From Antedon mediterranea (taxonomy: Eukaryota > Animalia > Echinodermata): a stretch of DNA of 64,000 nucleotides. Below the pieces are notes generated by a model, which made no database searches, had not been told where the DNA came from, and saw only the letters and a list, made by a program, of their open reading frames with translations. A program made the position numbers and the translations under genes. The first letter of the stretch is position 1; each line of letters starts with the position of its first letter. Below are positions 63,501 through 64,000 of the stretch, piece by piece. The DNA is taken from contig NC_092677.1 in assembly GCF_964355755.1 (NCBI RefSeq), positions 6,408,101 to 6,472,100 of the forward strand, written 5' to 3'.

Positions 63501-64000
63501 TTTGAATGTATGTATTGCCAGAAGTCATACGTCAAGGAAAGTTTCTATCTTAAGCATATCATGAATTGTAAGCAGAAACAAAATATTTTGGACGATAAGG
63601 ACAAACCTATGGAAGATATTAGTATTGTTGTTACACATACTGAGAATGAGTTAGTAACCAAAGATTCTGATGGACATACGACAGAAAAGAGAAAATACAC
63701 TGATGAACCAGTCATTAGCCCACGGTCAAAAAAGAAATATAAACAGGAAGCAGAAAGGTTAAATTTTGATGAGTTTGTACCTGAATCAAAGCTAGATAAA
63801 TTGGACATTTCCAAACCTGGAAGGAAAAGCTATCCAATGCGAAACACTTCTTCTAGATTGATTAGAATAGCAGCTGAATCTGAACCAACTGAAGAAAATG
63901 AAGAGCTACCATCACCACCAAAGATCACAAAGGATGTGCGAGTAAGCTTATCTCCTGTGGATTTATTGGCTTTATCTAAGAAGATGGAAAATGATGACCC
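42559..64000 (+). CDS. KMT2A: Histone H3K4 methyltransferase KMT2A/B (trithorax/MLL1) orthologue, 5' part; gene continues beyond the window
   Basis: Predicted GT-AG, phase-compatible exons: 42559-42726, 43346-45548, 46645-46718, 47358-47550, 48650-48833, 49139-49186, 49446-49519, 51929-52041, 52816-52932, 53531-53641, 53940-54077, 54812-54904, 55004-55121, 55473-55586, 55900-56084, 56846-59146, 59331-59518, 59714-59868, 60223-60455, 60757-60915, 61167-61363, 61772->64000. Motifs: menin-binding RFPGRP, LEDGF-binding EEEFEGF, IAKQLLKKAK, VSARSSRKIK, GPRIKHVCRRA, CXXC (KYGG), PHD1-3, bromodomain, MLPNAVLPP..DH.YAQWQ, extended PHD4, FYRN (YWST). FYRC and SET domains lie outside the window. Confidence 0.93.
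45987..46086. mobile_element. Miniature derivative of the 32820-34660 foldback element, in KMT2 intron 2
   Basis: GGGTATTGCTTAACCCTGCAAACCTAAAAAACAT..TTCAATCACTTTTAT..GGGGTTTGCTA..TTTAGCAATA matches both arms of the foldback element. Confidence 0.6.
47697..47822. mobile_element. Intronic MITE
   Basis: TIRs CTGTCTACGCTATCAAA / TTTGATAGTGTAGACAG, plus internal TGTGATGTGCCCA / TGGGCACATCACA. Confidence 0.7.
49600..51790 (-). mobile_element. 5'-truncated RTE-clade LINE, antisense in a KMT2 intron
   Basis: Endonuclease end (DYIL..DHRLV) and RT motifs (RPIILL, QAAYRRGRST, D..SAFD, GVPQGD..SP.LF, YADE, KYLG). After the stop at 49849, frameshifted RRR..WYGH and KRPVGRPRNNW follow, typical of RTE. 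YADD>YADE plus the stop indicate inactivity. Confidence 0.9.
52078..52365 (-). mobile_element. Degenerate SINE remnant (antisense) with (TTA)n tail
   Basis: Minus strand shows a GTTCAAATCC B-box-like motif, a TGCCTCTCTCCATCCAGGTGTATAAATT core, and GGCGCTATATAAA plus ATT repeats. Confidence 0.5.
52940..53428. repeat. 16-bp intronic minisatellite (AACCAAGCCTGGTTGA-like)
   Basis: Many degenerate copies of a near-palindromic unit, interrupted at ~53035-53095. Confidence 0.85.
54298..54787. mobile_element. Tc1/mariner-pogo-type MITE with TA target duplication
   Basis: TA|CAGTAGAACCT ... AGGTTCTACTG|TA, with internal CGTAAAA repeats. Confidence 0.8.
56515..56760 (-). mobile_element. L2-like LINE 3' remnant
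   Basis: Minus strand reads CAPRL*GTLPISIRQ (APxLWNxLP motif). The 3' tail GCCTTGAGCAC is like that at 5970-6160. Confidence 0.5.
57410..58000 (+). repeat. Coding tandem repeat, 117 bp / 39 aa x 5, in KMT2 exon 16
   Basis: AGSVVVAPNAVPAETKVVEEMEVSVIGSVEPMAVALSED units; GAAATGG at 57467 and 57584 gives a period of 117. Confidence 0.95.
62001..62147 (+). repeat. Coding 21-bp repeat (DVIQPPA x 7) in the KMT2 exon after FYRN
   Basis: GATGTCATTCAACCACCAGCT tandem copies in the KMT2 reading frame. Confidence 0.9.

Overview
AT-rich, intron-containing animal genomic DNA, probably an invertebrate deuterostome (inferred from gene and repeat content). It has four zones. (1) 1-7.3 kb is non-coding, with a 76-bp satellite, MITE-like hairpins and LINE tails. 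(2) About 7.4-30.5 kb holds a rapidly evolving tandem family of minus-strand genes with two coding exons. When spliced (phase-0 GT-AG intron at the equivalent position in copies A-E) they encode ~600-aa proteins made of a PDIK1L/STK35-like Ser/Thr kinase, a conserved linker, a ubiquitin-like domain and a NEURL4-like ADP-ribosyltransferase-fold domain. There are three intact copies, one kinase-only/disrupted chimeric copy, one copy broken by an inversion, one relic, and several paralogous promoter blocks carrying kappaB-like motifs. This is the most interesting system in the window. (3) 30.6-40.5 kb is a transposon pile-up: Deu-domain SINE, Rex1-like LINE, large foldback palindrome, 5'-truncated Gypsy element with its 3' LTR, and a LINE remnant. 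(4) 42.6-64 kb is the 5' part of a KMT2A/B (trithorax/MLL1) gene, at least 22 coding exons on +, with an antisense RTE LINE in an intron and a ~745-aa repeat-containing insertion inside the bromodomain. All family assignments come from motif recognition by eye; no database searches were run.
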